Assembly: GCA_963656785.1 (NCBI GenBank)
Contig: CAVKJB010000010.1
Span: 2,470-66,469, forward strand
Direction of reading: 5' to 3'
Length of the DNA: 64,000 bases
From: Acutalibacteraceae bacterium
GTDB lineage: Bacteria > Bacillota > Clostridia > Peptostreptococcales > Anaerovoracaceae
A program made the translations under genes and the position numbers. A model generated the notes under the pieces. That model was not told the DNA's origin and searched no databases. It saw only the letters and a program-made list of their open reading frames with translations. Shown in pieces: positions 48,229 to 57,709 of this stretch. How positions within the stretch are numbered: position 1 is the stretch's first letter; every line of letters begins with the position of its first letter.

Positions 48229-48513
48229 CTACTTAAAATATTTTCCGTGATCATCCCGGGATACAAAGTCCGTGGAACCGCCGCAGCGGTTGCAGAAGAC
48301 ACTCTTGTATCGGAGACCGGGTGCGTATCCGCCAAAACCCTCCTCAAGGTCATCGGATTGACAGAAGGCGCAGATATGAACGGCTTGACCATCGCGGTCG
48401 TCTACCTTGCGATGCTTCTTGTAATTTGGCAGTTCATCCGGGTTTCGTGCCTTAAAACCGGCAGCAACGTTATTTAATTCTTTTTCGGTCATGAACCATC
48501 TGCCGTCTGCCAT
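48229..48513 (-). CDS. Small (94 aa) putative zinc-ribbon protein
   Basis: gggagg RBS 9 nt before the ATG at 48513. CAFC...CNRC pair. It is the 3' part of the 48229..49410 ORF. Confidence 0.6.
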   Translation of the reverse strand: MADGRWFMTEKELNNVAAGFKARNPDELPNYKKHRKVDDRDGQAVHICAFCQSDDLEEGFGGYAPGLRYKSVFCNRCGGSTDFVSRDDHGKYFK

Positions 48514-48738
48514 GATATATGCCTCCCGGGGAACGGATATTGAACCATCGCCCAATTTGGTGGGATAACGAATACGGGATTCCGTTTTGGAAGTGAGAGT
48601 GAATAGGATGCGAAGGCGTTCTGCCCCATCTTGCGGGTTGCTTCCTCGGAATTGTTGGGTGAGAATGTTTTCTTTTAACATTATATAACAGGCACCGGAG
48701 GGAAAGAAGTGAATGTATAATGAAAAATGCAAGAATGA

Positions 48739-48776
48739 CTTGAATGGATATGCACGATGATGTATTATTATACCAA
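48739..48776 (+). promoter_or_regulatory. Tandem ARG boxes overlapping a sigma-A promoter
   Basis: Cores TGAATGGATATGCA (48741-48754) and TGTATTATTATACC (48761-48774). Promoter TTGAAT-17-TATTAT (48740-48768), upstream of argJ. Confidence 0.7.
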
Positions 48777-48855
48777 TGTTTTCGCGGAAGAAAGACATTT
48801 TTTGTAGAAGAGAAATAACGCAGTACGGCTGCGAGAAGAGATTCAGGAGGATATT

Positions 48856-50079
48856 ATGAGTACAATGAAAGTGATGGAAGGCGGCGTTACGGCGGCGAAG
48901 GGATTCAAGGCGGCAGGCGGTTATGCCGGCATCGGCAAGAACGCCGAGAAGGGCGATCTTGCGCTGATTGTCAGCGAAGTGCCGGGAAATGCGGCAGCGG
49001 TATACACCAAGAATAAGGTGAAGGCGGCGCACATCGCGGTAACGAAGCGTCATCTGGCAGATGGCGTAGCACAGGCTATTATTTGTAACAGCGGAAATGC
49101 CAACACTTGCACGCCGAACGGCGAGGAAATCGCACAGCAGGAAACCGAACTGGTGGCCGATGCACTGGGTCTGGATGCGAATAACGTCCTGCCGGCAGCG
49201 ACAGGTGTTATCGGCGTCCCGCTTGAAATTACACCTTTCGAGAAGACGATACCGGTACTCGCAGAGAACCTGAGTGAGAACGGTTCGGCGAAGGCGGCAG
49301 ATGCGATTCGCACGACAGATACCTACATCAAGGAATGTGCGGTTCAATTCGAACTCGATGGAAAGACCTGTACCATCGGAGGCATCGCAAAGGGCAGCGG
49401 CATGATCCACGTGAACATGGGAACAATGCTGAGCTTCATCGGGACGGACGTCAGCATTTCGAAGGAGATGGTGCAGAAGGCACTTTCAGACGAGATCCTG
49501 GACAGCTACAACCAGGTCAGCGTGGATGGTGACACATCCACAAACGATACCGTCGTTGTAATTGCCAACGGGCTGGCAGGTAATGAGGAGATTACCGGTC
49601 CGGGTGCAGCATATGATGCTTTTTGTGAGGCTCTTCACATTGTGGCAGTGGATCTGTCCAAGAAGATTGCCGGTGACGGCGAAGGTTGCGAGAAACTGCT
49701 GGAGGCACATGTTGTCGGCGCGCCGGATAAGAATGCCGCAAGACTGGTATCCAAGAGCGTCATCTGTTCGTCTCTCTTCAAGGCCGCGGTGTTCGCTGCA
49801 GACGCGAACTGGGGAAGAATCCTCTGTGCAATCGGTTACGCGGATTGTGATTTTGATGCGTCCAACGTGGACGTCAGCGTGACTTCCGCTGCCGGAAGCG
49901 TCGAAGTGTGCAAGGGCTCTGCGTCAGTTCCGTTTGACGATGATTTCGCGACGAAGGTCATGTCGGAGAAGGTTGTTACTGTGGAAATCGATCTGCATGA
50001 TGGTGATCAGGAAGCCTACGCTTGGGGCTGCGACCTGACGTACAAGTACGTGGAAATCAACGGATCCTACCGGTCCTAA
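48856..50079 (+). CDS. argJ: Ornithine acetyltransferase / N-acetylglutamate synthase
   Basis: NSGNANTCT, TGVIG, TTDT, AKGSGMIH.NM.TML, VDGDTSTND, DGEG, DANWGRI, GCDLT. Confidence 0.96.
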   Translation: MSTMKVMEGGVTAAKGFKAAGGYAGIGKNAEKGDLALIVSEVPGNAAAVYTKNKVKAAHIAVTKRHLADGVAQAIICNSGNANTCTPNGEEIAQQETELVADALGLDANNVLPAATGVIGVPLEITPFEKTIPVLAENLSENGSAKAADAIRTTDTYIKECAVQFELDGKTCTIGGIAKGSGMIHVNMGTMLSFIGTDVSISKEMVQKALSDEILDSYNQVSVDGDTSTNDTVVVIANGLAGNEEITGPGAAYDAFCEALHIVAVDLSKKIAGDGEGCEKLLEAHVVGAPDKNAARLVSKSVICSSLFKAAVFAADANWGRILCAIGYADCDFDASNVDVSVTSAAGSVEVCKGSASVPFDDDFATKVMSEKVVTVEIDLHDGDQEAYAWGCDLTYKYVEINGSYRS

Positions 50080-50280
50080 TTCGGAAGTGCCGCAATAATT
50101 AGGAAAGTAGGAACTCGGCTGCGCATCATGAGACGATACGAGGTTATGTGGCAAGAGACTGCTGCGACGATATCGCATGTTGGTGCGGATATGAAGACGA
50201 GGGGCTGCATTCCAGAGGGGCTGCACTTCACAGGAAATCGACACACATGCGATCGTAACATAGAGGGAGATAGTAACTAA

Positions 50281-51171
50281 ATGGAATTAGACAAATATCT
50301 TGAAAAAGCTCAGGTGCTTATCGAAGCCCTGCCGTATATTCAGCGTTTCAACCGTAAAATTATCGTTGTCAAATACGGCGGCAGTGCCATGCTGGATGAA
50401 TCATTGATGAATCACGTTATTGAAGACGTTGTGCTTCTGAAGCTCTGCGGATTCAAACCGGTTATCGTTCACGGCGGCGGTAAAGAAATCAGCCGTTGGA
50501 TGAAGAAAGCCGGTGTAGAGCCGCAATTCTATAACGGACTTCGCATCACGGATGCGGACACGCTTGAAATTGCGGAGATGGTGTTGGGTAAGGTGAACAG
50601 TGATCTGGTGACGTTGGCGCAGAAACTGGGTGTCCGTGCCGTTGGCATTAGCGGCAAGGACGGTTACCTGATGAAAGCGGATAAAACCATGCCGGATGGC
50701 AAGGACATTGGCTATGTCGGAACGGTACGCGAGGTGGACGCGAAGGTTATTTTTGACCTCTTAGACAACGATTTCCTCCCGATTATCTATCCGATCGGAA
50801 TGGGTGATGACGGTCAGAGCTATAACATCAATGGCGATTACGCTGCAGAGGCTGTAGCAGAGGCACTTCAGGCGGACAAGCTGGCGTTCCTCACCGATAC
50901 GTCCGGTGTTTACGAGGATATCGACAATAAGGAATCCTTCATCTCGGAGTTGTATCCGGACGAGGCGCAGAGCCTTATCGATCGGGGTATCATCACCGGG
51001 GGCATGATTCCGAAGGTACAGAACTGCCTCAAAGCGATCGCCGGCGGCGTCAATAGAGTCCATATTCTGGACGGACGTATTCCGCACTGCCTCCTTCTGG
51101 AGATTTTCACCGACCGCGGATGCGGTACAGCCATTATGAATCCGAAGGAGAGCCGTTATTACAACAAATAG
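50281..51171 (+). CDS. argB: Acetylglutamate kinase
   Basis: EALPYI, VKYGGSAM, VHGGG, GLRITD, NINGD, GGMIPK. Confidence 0.96.
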   Translation: MELDKYLEKAQVLIEALPYIQRFNRKIIVVKYGGSAMLDESLMNHVIEDVVLLKLCGFKPVIVHGGGKEISRWMKKAGVEPQFYNGLRITDADTLEIAEMVLGKVNSDLVTLAQKLGVRAVGISGKDGYLMKADKTMPDGKDIGYVGTVREVDAKVIFDLLDNDFLPIIYPIGMGDDGQSYNINGDYAAEAVAEALQADKLAFLTDTSGVYEDIDNKESFISELYPDEAQSLIDRGIITGGMIPKVQNCLKAIAGGVNRVHILDGRIPHCLLLEIFTDRGCGTAIMNPKESRYYNK

Positions 51172-51179
51172 GAGCAACT

Positions 51180-51896
51180 ATGGTGCATAGGAAGCAAGGT
51201 GTCGCATATGGAGTTGGCGTTGGCCCGGGTGATCCCGAATTGATGACGCTGAAGGCCATTAAGATCATCCGCGAGGCAGACGTGATTGCAGTTCCGGGCG
51301 CGAATCCGGCCGAGACTGCCGCGTACCGAATCGCCATCCAGAGCGTTCCGGAAATCGCGGATAAGACACTGATTGGACTGACAATGCCGATGACTCAAGA
51401 TCGGGAAGCCCTGGTACCAAGCCACTGCGAGGCGGCAGACGCTATCGAATCTTTCTTGGATCGAGGGTTGAATGTTGCTTTCCTGACGCTGGGCGATCCG
51501 ACCATCTACAGCACTTTCACCTATGTGCAGGCGATTCTTCAGATGGACGGTTATGAGACCTGTCTGGTAAGTGGCATTCCTTCCTTCTGTGCGGCGGCCG
51601 CACGTCTCAACATCCCCCTCGGGGAATGGGATGAACCGATACACATTTTGCCTGCAACGCAGCTGCTGGAATCACATCTGGAGGCCGATTCACTCCCGAA
51701 GACAGGAACCTGCATCCTGATGAAATCCGGCCGTCGTGTTTCCGAGGTCAAAAATACACTTCGCGATGCCGGAATGTCCGCCCAGGCAGTGGAGAATTGC
51801 GCTATGCCCGGGGAGCAGGTGTATCGAGGCGTGGAAGAAATTCCGGATAGTGCGGGATATTTCACTTTGGTTATTGCCAAAGATAAGAATTTATGA
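51180..51896 (+). CDS. cbiL: Cobalt-factor II/precorrin-2 C20-methyltransferase
   Basis: GVGVGPGDPELMTLKA, MPM, FLTLGDPTIYST, GIPSF, LMKS, YFT. RBS ggag. Confidence 0.88.
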   Translation: MVHRKQGVAYGVGVGPGDPELMTLKAIKIIREADVIAVPGANPAETAAYRIAIQSVPEIADKTLIGLTMPMTQDREALVPSHCEAADAIESFLDRGLNVAFLTLGDPTIYSTFTYVQAILQMDGYETCLVSGIPSFCAAAARLNIPLGEWDEPIHILPATQLLESHLEADSLPKTGTCILMKSGRRVSEVKNTLRDAGMSAQAVENCAMPGEQVYRGVEEIPDSAGYFTLVIAKDKNL

Positions 51897-51931
51897 TAAC
51901 ATCAATCGAATACGAATAATTGAATAGTCCC

Positions 51932-52015
51932 CCATGAGGGAGTAGCAGACGCAGAAGCGTAGCAAGTCGTCATCTCGGCTTAGACCCGGCTTGTTTTAAA
52001 TTGCAAGACTCATGG
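51932..52015 (+). ncRNA. yybP-ykoY (Mn2+) riboswitch
   Basis: P1 ccatgag...ctcatgg encloses gggagtagc, gtcgtcatc and gcaagac, the yybP-ykoY signature elements. Upstream of a P-type ATPase. Confidence 0.85.
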
Positions 52016-52048
52016 CAGCAATTCTACGTTGCTGCCGTGGGTCTTTTT
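52006..52048 (+). terminator. Riboswitch terminator overlapping the 3' strand of P1
   Basis: agactcatggcagcaa...ttgctgccgtgggtct followed by a T-run. Mutually exclusive with P1, giving ON-switch geometry. Confidence 0.8.
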
Positions 52049-52111
52049 GATTCAATCGAGGTAAGCCACAGGATCTTGAGAAGACGAACCGAATAGGAGG
52101 TTACATTAGAG

Positions 52112-54919
52112 ATGGAAGAGAGAAGAATGGAAGATCGGAAGGGGATTGCGAACGCAGTTTCAAAATCCGAAGCAGAATGCAGTGCGGCAAATGTTTCGGA
52201 ATCTGCTTCGAAATGTCCGATGGAAACGACCCTGGGCAGCAAGAATGCATCTGCCGCTGAGTCGGAAGCGCAGGTGCTGTACTACATGAGGTCCGCCGAT
52301 GAAGTGCTGGCAGAGTTGAACAGTTCGGGTAAAAAAGGCATTTCCTCAGACGAAGCTGCCGCAAGACAGTCGCAGTACGGCATGAACAGGCTGGCAGCGC
52401 CTCCGGGAAAGAGCCTGATAAGACGATTTATCGAGCAGATGATGGATCCGATGATTATCATTTTGCTGGTGGCAGCATTTGTCAGCCTGATTCTATCCGT
52501 GACGCAGGGCGAGAGCTTTGCCGACACCATCATCATTCTGGCGGTAGTTATCATCAATGCCATCTTGGGCGTGTACCAGGAGAGCAAGGCGGAGAAAGCC
52601 ATTGAAGCTCTCAAGGAAATGTCCGCGGCGACATCTCACGTCATTCGTGATGGAAAGAAAGTGACGATTCGCAGCGAAGAGCTGGTACCCGGGGATGTGG
52701 TTCTGCTGGAAGCCGGAGACGCGGTTCCGGCAGACGGCCGAATTATTGAGTGTGCCGGCCTTCGAATTGAAGAGTCCGCATTGACCGGAGAGTCCGTTCC
52801 GGTGGACAAGCTGCTGAATCTGGTCATGGATCGGGAAAGCAAGCAGGTTCCGCTGGGCGACCGTAAGAATATGGTATATATGGGCAGCACCGTCGTGTTC
52901 GGCCGTGGTGTGGTGGTGATCACTGAGACCGGAATGAACACGGAGATGGGTAAGATCGCCGAAGCGCTGACCCAGGCAGAGGAGGGTGAGACGCCGCTGC
53001 AGAAGCAGATGGGCGAGCTGTCTCACATTCTCACCAAGCTTGTATTGGGAATCTGTGTGGTCGTATTTGCGATTCAGCTGATTCGCATGGGAAGCTTCAG
53101 CTTCGAGGTGATTCTGAATTCGTTCATGATTGCGGTATCTCTGGCGGTTGCCGCAATTCCGGAAGGCCTCGCAGCTGTTGTTACCGTTGCACTTTCCATC
53201 GGCGTTACGAACATGTCGAAGCGCAGTGCCATCATCCGAAAACTGACCGCAGTCGAGACACTGGGCTGTGCTCAGGTTATTTGCTCGGATAAAACCGGCA
53301 CACTGACGCAGAACAAAATGACCGTCGTAAAGAAGTACTCCGATGCGACGAAGGAACTCGCCCTGGCTATGGGCCTTTGTAATGATGCGGAGATGGACGA
53401 TAAGGACGAAGCCGTTGGAGAGCCGACCGAGGCCGCACTGGTGAAATGGGCAGCGGATAACGGCGGTGACAAACGAAAAGAAGCGCTTGCGTACAAGCGT
53501 GTGGGAGAAGCTCCTTTCGATTCCGGCCGTAAGATGATGTCGGTTATCTGTGAGAAACCGAATGAACCGAACACTTACATTCAGTACACCAAGGGAGCTC
53601 CGGACGTGCTCCTCGGAAGATGTACTCATGTACTTCGGGGTAACGATGTGGTTGCATTGACAGCAGAATTGCGGGAAGAAATCTCGTCTGCCAACCGCGA
53701 TATGGCTGACGAGGCTCTTCGTGTGCTTGCAGCCGCTTGTCGCAGATGGGATACTGTGCCGGAGTGCACATCCGAGAATCTGGAGAAGGATATGATCTTC
53801 CTCGGACTCTGCGGCATGATCGACCCGATTCGTCCGGAAGTTAAGGGTGCCATCGAGGAATGCCGAGACGCAGGCATCCGTCCGGTCATGATCACCGGAG
53901 ACCACGTGGATACCGCAACCGCCATCGCTCGACAGCTGGGCATCCTGGATGACGGCCGAATTGCCATCACCGGTTCGCAGTTGAGCGATATGAGCGATGA
54001 GGAATTCGATCGGGAAATTCTGAACATCGGTGTATACGCTCGTGTTCAGCCGGAGCACAAGACAAGAATCGTCAACACGTACCGAAAGCTCGGCTTCGTC
54101 ACCGCGATGACCGGCGACGGCGTCAATGACGCACCGTCCATTAAATCCGCGGACATTGGCGTTGGAATGGGAATCACCGGAACCGATGTGACCAAGAATG
54201 TGGCGGATATGGTGCTGGCGGATGATAATTTTGCGACCATTGTCAACGCGGTTGAGGAAGGTCGCCGAATCTATGCCAACATTCGGAAATCCATTCAGTT
54301 CCTGATTGGTTCCAACATGAGCGAGGTGCTGAGTATTTTCTTCGCAACACTCCTTGGCTTCACGATCTTAAAACCGGTCCATCTCCTCTGGATTAACTTG
54401 ATCACGGACTGCTTCCCGGCTCTGGCTCTCAGTATGGAATCCGGTGAGCCGGATATCATGAGCCGGAAACCGAGAGATTCCCGCGCGGGCATTTTCGCCG
54501 GAGGCATGGGCTTCGATATCGCTTATCAGGGAACGCTCGTCACGATTCTGGTGATGGCCTCCTACTTCATCGGCCACTTCATGGAATCCGGCGTCTGGGA
54601 GATTACCAACAGTGCAGACGGTACCACTATGGCGTTCGTGACCATGTCCATGGCGGAAATCTTCCACAGCTTCAACATGCGTTCGCAGCGCGAAAGTCTG
54701 TTCCATCTGAAGAAAATGAACTTCTTCCTGATCGGTGCTGCAGCTGCATCCCTGATTGCGACAACTGTCGTATGCGAAATCCCGCTGCTGGCTGCAGCTT
54801 TCGACTTCACCGCGGTGGATCTTCACGAATACCTTGTGGCCATAGCGCTCGGATTCATGATTATTCCGTGCGTGGAAATCGTTAAATTCTTCCAGCGTAA
54901 GAAAGAAAGCGAGAAATAA
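52112..54919 (+). CDS. P2-type (Ca2+/Mn2+) cation-transporting ATPase
   Basis: LTGES, AVAAIPEGL, CSDKTGTLT, KGAPD, DPIR, MITGD, MTGDGVNDAP, LWINLITD. Confidence 0.93.
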   Translation: MEERRMEDRKGIANAVSKSEAECSAANVSESASKCPMETTLGSKNASAAESEAQVLYYMRSADEVLAELNSSGKKGISSDEAAARQSQYGMNRLAAPPGKSLIRRFIEQMMDPMIIILLVAAFVSLILSVTQGESFADTIIILAVVIINAILGVYQESKAEKAIEALKEMSAATSHVIRDGKKVTIRSEELVPGDVVLLEAGDAVPADGRIIECAGLRIEESALTGESVPVDKLLNLVMDRESKQVPLGDRKNMVYMGSTVVFGRGVVVITETGMNTEMGKIAEALTQAEEGETPLQKQMGELSHILTKLVLGICVVVFAIQLIRMGSFSFEVILNSFMIAVSLAVAAIPEGLAAVVTVALSIGVTNMSKRSAIIRKLTAVETLGCAQVICSDKTGTLTQNKMTVVKKYSDATKELALAMGLCNDAEMDDKDEAVGEPTEAALVKWAADNGGDKRKEALAYKRVGEAPFDSGRKMMSVICEKPNEPNTYIQYTKGAPDVLLGRCTHVLRGNDVVALTAELREEISSANRDMADEALRVLAAACRRWDTVPECTSENLEKDMIFLGLCGMIDPIRPEVKGAIEECRDAGIRPVMITGDHVDTATAIARQLGILDDGRIAITGSQLSDMSDEEFDREILNIGVYARVQPEHKTRIVNTYRKLGFVTAMTGDGVNDAPSIKSADIGVGMGITGTDVTKNVADMVLADDNFATIVNAVEEGRRIYANIRKSIQFLIGSNMSEVLSIFFATLLGFTILKPVHLLWINLITDCFPALALSMESGEPDIMSRKPRDSRAGIFAGGMGFDIAYQGTLVTILVMASYFIGHFMESGVWEITNSADGTTMAFVTMSMAEIFHSFNMRSQRESLFHLKKMNFFLIGAAAASLIATTVVCEIPLLAAAFDFTAVDLHEYLVAIALGFMIIPCVEIVKFFQRKKESEK

Positions 54920-55057
54920 CGGTCTATATTTCGATCTAATCTAAGGAAAAAACGCCGGGTCCCAACAGATCCGGCGTATTTACTTGCCGCGGAAACTACC
55001 GAGGGAGCAGAGGCCTCCGGAGACCGAGCCTCAATGTAGAGAACGAAGTACAGAACG

Positions 55058-55092
55058 AAAAAGAGGCTTTCCCGAACAGGAAAGCCTCTTTG
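55058..55092. terminator. Bidirectional terminator
   Basis: aaaaagaggctttcc-cgaaca-ggaaagcctcttt. Confidence 0.8.
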
Positions 55093-55120
55093 AAAGTGTC
55101 TTGCCGTATACTATACAGCA

Positions 55121-55327
55121 CTATTTTTCCTTATGGTCAAAGTACATTTTAAACAACATAATTCCGGCAAACAGGTCAAAAATTATATATGCATTTCGAA
55201 CAAGGAAAACATATTCTCTTTCTATATCAAAAGCACCCTCTGCAGAAGAGTAATATGACGTCATGTATCCTATAATGGATAATATAATGCAACCAATCCA
55301 TATTAAGATGTAAGTAGTTTTCTTCAT
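55121..55327 (-). CDS. Small AT-rich two-helix membrane protein (68 aa)
   Basis: aaaggagg RBS 6 nt before the ATG, two hydrophobic segments, followed by a terminator. Confidence 0.6.
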   Translation of the reverse strand: MKKTTYILIWIGCIILSIIGYMTSYYSSAEGAFDIEREYVFLVRNAYIIFDLFAGIMLFKMYFDHKEK

Positions 55328-55700
55328 ACTTCGCCTCCTTTGTGTGTTGCTGCAAATGAGAGTGAATACGTTTATATTTTAACATGGGACAAAGAAAATA
55401 CAACCCCTGGCGAGCCAGAGACATTTAAATAGTCTTTTCCAAAGACGTTTGCTTTGTTCTTAACATTGCGTACATCGTTTAAGGGCGAATCCCGTTCCTC
55501 TTGCCGGACGCTGTCGGTTGGAGCACATCTTTTTTTACCGGAAATTGGGAAATTGCTACAATTAAATTGTCAGATCTTGAAAAAAAGTGAACGAAAATTG
55601 TATAAATCACTAAAAATAATATTCATCTCGGGCTGAATGTGATACAATAGGCGCAATTATAGATGATGCAAGAAACCAAGATGTGTATAGGAGTGAGGTT

Positions 55701-57395
55701 ATGAAAGAACGTATTTATTTGACGGATGATATGGCGATTCTCAACTTCGATCTGGCATACCCGGAGAGCCGTTCCGGGCTTCTCAAATCCAAGGAATTCA
55801 AGGCTTTTGTTGCCCATTACGTCGGCTACCTCAAGGGGAATGACAGCCACCTGTATCACTGGGCGGTGCGCGATATGACGGACAAAGAGGCGGTGGAAAG
55901 GCTGTGCCGTTTTGCCCGCGAACTTCTGGTGCTGGATGCTGAGGAAGTGAACATGCCGTACATGGAGGATCGTGACGCAGCGCTCGAGTTCGTAGAAGGA
56001 ATCTACGACTATTGGAAGAGTCACTCGCGTTATTCCATCACGACAGATCGCCGAAGAGATGTGGAATCCACAGCCTTTGTCAGCAACGACACGGCTTACA
56101 ACGAACTGATTCTGTCCACGTTCCGCCGTTTAGAGCAGACCGTCATGGGACGCGCGAACAAGGTCTATCGACAGCAACCGGCCGGAACCAATGCAAGTCT
56201 GGCACTCTACCGGAATGACTCCTTCCTGTTTGATGACAATTACGACGTGTTGCGGAAGATGATGTTCATTGATTCGGTCATGCTTCGCACACCGATGATT
56301 CTATATACCAAATCCAACAAGCGAGAGTGGCCTTTCGAGAAATTTGACGAGAATCCGATTGATACATTCAACGGAAATCGCGAGGAGTTCTTCTGTTTCC
56401 CGGCAAAAGTGGGAGATCTCACGATTTTCATCTACTTCCATCGCGATTTTATGGCGAGCGGAGTGGCTTGTGCGAATCTCTTCGAACTGGCGACGAAGCG
56501 GGAGGCATCGAAGAAGCCGGACTGCATCCTGCTCTTTGGAAACCCGGATGGAAAGGAACGTTGTGGTTTCTATTACGATGATGAGAACGACCTGTGGGTC
56601 GGGAGTGTGTCCTATAGCGAGAAAATTTCTTATTTCGGTTACATGAAGAAGAGCGTCCTAACCTTACACAATGTGGCGATGATGCGGCGCGGATGGCTGC
56701 CGATTCACGGGGCTTTTGTCAACATCACCCTTCGGAATGGCAAAAAGAAAGGTATCTGCCTGATGGGCGATTCCGGGGCCGGCAAGTCGGAAACCATTGA
56801 GGCACTAAAATCTCTCGGCAATGAGAAGATTAAGCACATAGACGTTGTGTTCGACGATATGGGTACTTTCCACATCCATGACGGGAAAGTATATGCAAAA
56901 GGTTCGGAGATCGGAGCATTTGTCCGCCTCGACGACCTCGACCCGGCGACACCGTATCGTGACATGAATCGTTCCGTCTTCTTCAATCCGGACAAGGCCA
57001 ACGCCCGCGTTATCACACCGGCGGCTCCGTACGCAGTCATCACGGAGAACCACCCGGTCGACCTGTTCGCATATGCCAACAACTACGACAGCGGAATCGG
57101 CCTTCGCAAGGTGGATGACATCAAGGAAGCCAAAGGGATTTTCGTTGAGGGAAAACGCATGGCCAAAGGTACGACGCAGGAAGTCGGCATTTCTACGACT
57201 TATTTTGCCAATCCGTTCGGACCGATGCAGGAGCAGGAAATGTGCAGCGAGATCATCGATCGCGTCTTTGCCTGCCTCCGGGATAGTGGTGTCTTTATCG
57301 GTGAAGTCTTTACCCATCTTGGATGTGCGCCGGAAGATCGTGGCGGAATCGTGAAAGGTGCGGAGGACCTTCTTCGTTTCATCGAGGAAAATTAG
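55701..57395 (+). CDS. PEP-carboxykinase-like P-loop protein (clostridial type)
   Basis: YFGYMKK, LPIHGA, GDSGAGKSE, FDDMG, E.GAFVR, NARV, NPFG resemble PEPCK kinase-1/kinase-2 motifs. RBS ggagtgagg. Confidence 0.7.
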   Translation: MKERIYLTDDMAILNFDLAYPESRSGLLKSKEFKAFVAHYVGYLKGNDSHLYHWAVRDMTDKEAVERLCRFARELLVLDAEEVNMPYMEDRDAALEFVEGIYDYWKSHSRYSITTDRRRDVESTAFVSNDTAYNELILSTFRRLEQTVMGRANKVYRQQPAGTNASLALYRNDSFLFDDNYDVLRKMMFIDSVMLRTPMILYTKSNKREWPFEKFDENPIDTFNGNREEFFCFPAKVGDLTIFIYFHRDFMASGVACANLFELATKREASKKPDCILLFGNPDGKERCGFYYDDENDLWVGSVSYSEKISYFGYMKKSVLTLHNVAMMRRGWLPIHGAFVNITLRNGKKKGICLMGDSGAGKSETIEALKSLGNEKIKHIDVVFDDMGTFHIHDGKVYAKGSEIGAFVRLDDLDPATPYRDMNRSVFFNPDKANARVITPAAPYAVITENHPVDLFAYANNYDSGIGLRKVDDIKEAKGIFVEGKRMAKGTTQEVGISTTYFANPFGPMQEQEMCSEIIDRVFACLRDSGVFIGEVFTHLGCAPEDRGGIVKGAEDLLRFIEEN

Positions 57396-57545
57396 GAGGA
57401 GAATTAGTCAAAAATAAAAACTGGCCGCCCCGAGGCGCCTGTCTTTGAAAACAGAATCATTTTGCACATGAACCGACTATGCGAGCCACGCGGGAAACAC
57501 CGGAAACGTTCGCATAGCCGGAGTTAATTTTGGCAAAAAACGCAT

Positions 57546-57572
57546 AAAAAAAGACATCCGTTCGGATGTCTT
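57546..57572 (-). terminator. tRNA gene terminator
   Basis: Minus strand aagacatccgaacggatgtc followed by T7. Confidence 0.85.
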
Positions 57573-57574
57573 GG

Positions 57575-57650
57575 TGGTGCGCGATCAGGGGTTCGAACCC
57601 TGGACACCCTGATTAAGAGTCAGGTGCTCTGCCAGCTGAGCTAATCGCGC
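57575..57650 (-). tRNA. tRNA-Lys (anticodon CTT)
   Basis: GCGCGAT acceptor stem, GCTC/GAGC D arm, CCTGA-ctCTTaa-TCAGG anticodon arm, CAGGG-TTCGAAC-CCCTG T arm, encoded CCA. Confidence 0.97.
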
Positions 57651-57680
57651 ATATCTTATGCGGCTTGTTGCGACTTTGTT

Positions 57681-57709
57681 AGTATAGCGTGAATCGTCGG
57701 CCATGTCAA
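57681..57709 (-). promoter_or_regulatory. Sigma-A promoter of tRNA-Lys
   Basis: Minus strand TTGACA-17-TATACT. Confidence 0.85.

Noticed and set aside
48514..49410. 5' part of the 393-aa minus-strand ORF
   Set aside because: Overlaps argJ antisense and its promoter; only the RBS-backed 3' 94 codons look genuine.
52493..54058. 521-aa minus-strand ORF
   Set aside because: Antisense shadow of the P2-ATPase.
57575..57650. tRNA-Lys as the integration site of an island
   Set aside because: No duplicated tRNA 3' end or integrase seen; flanks are housekeeping-like.
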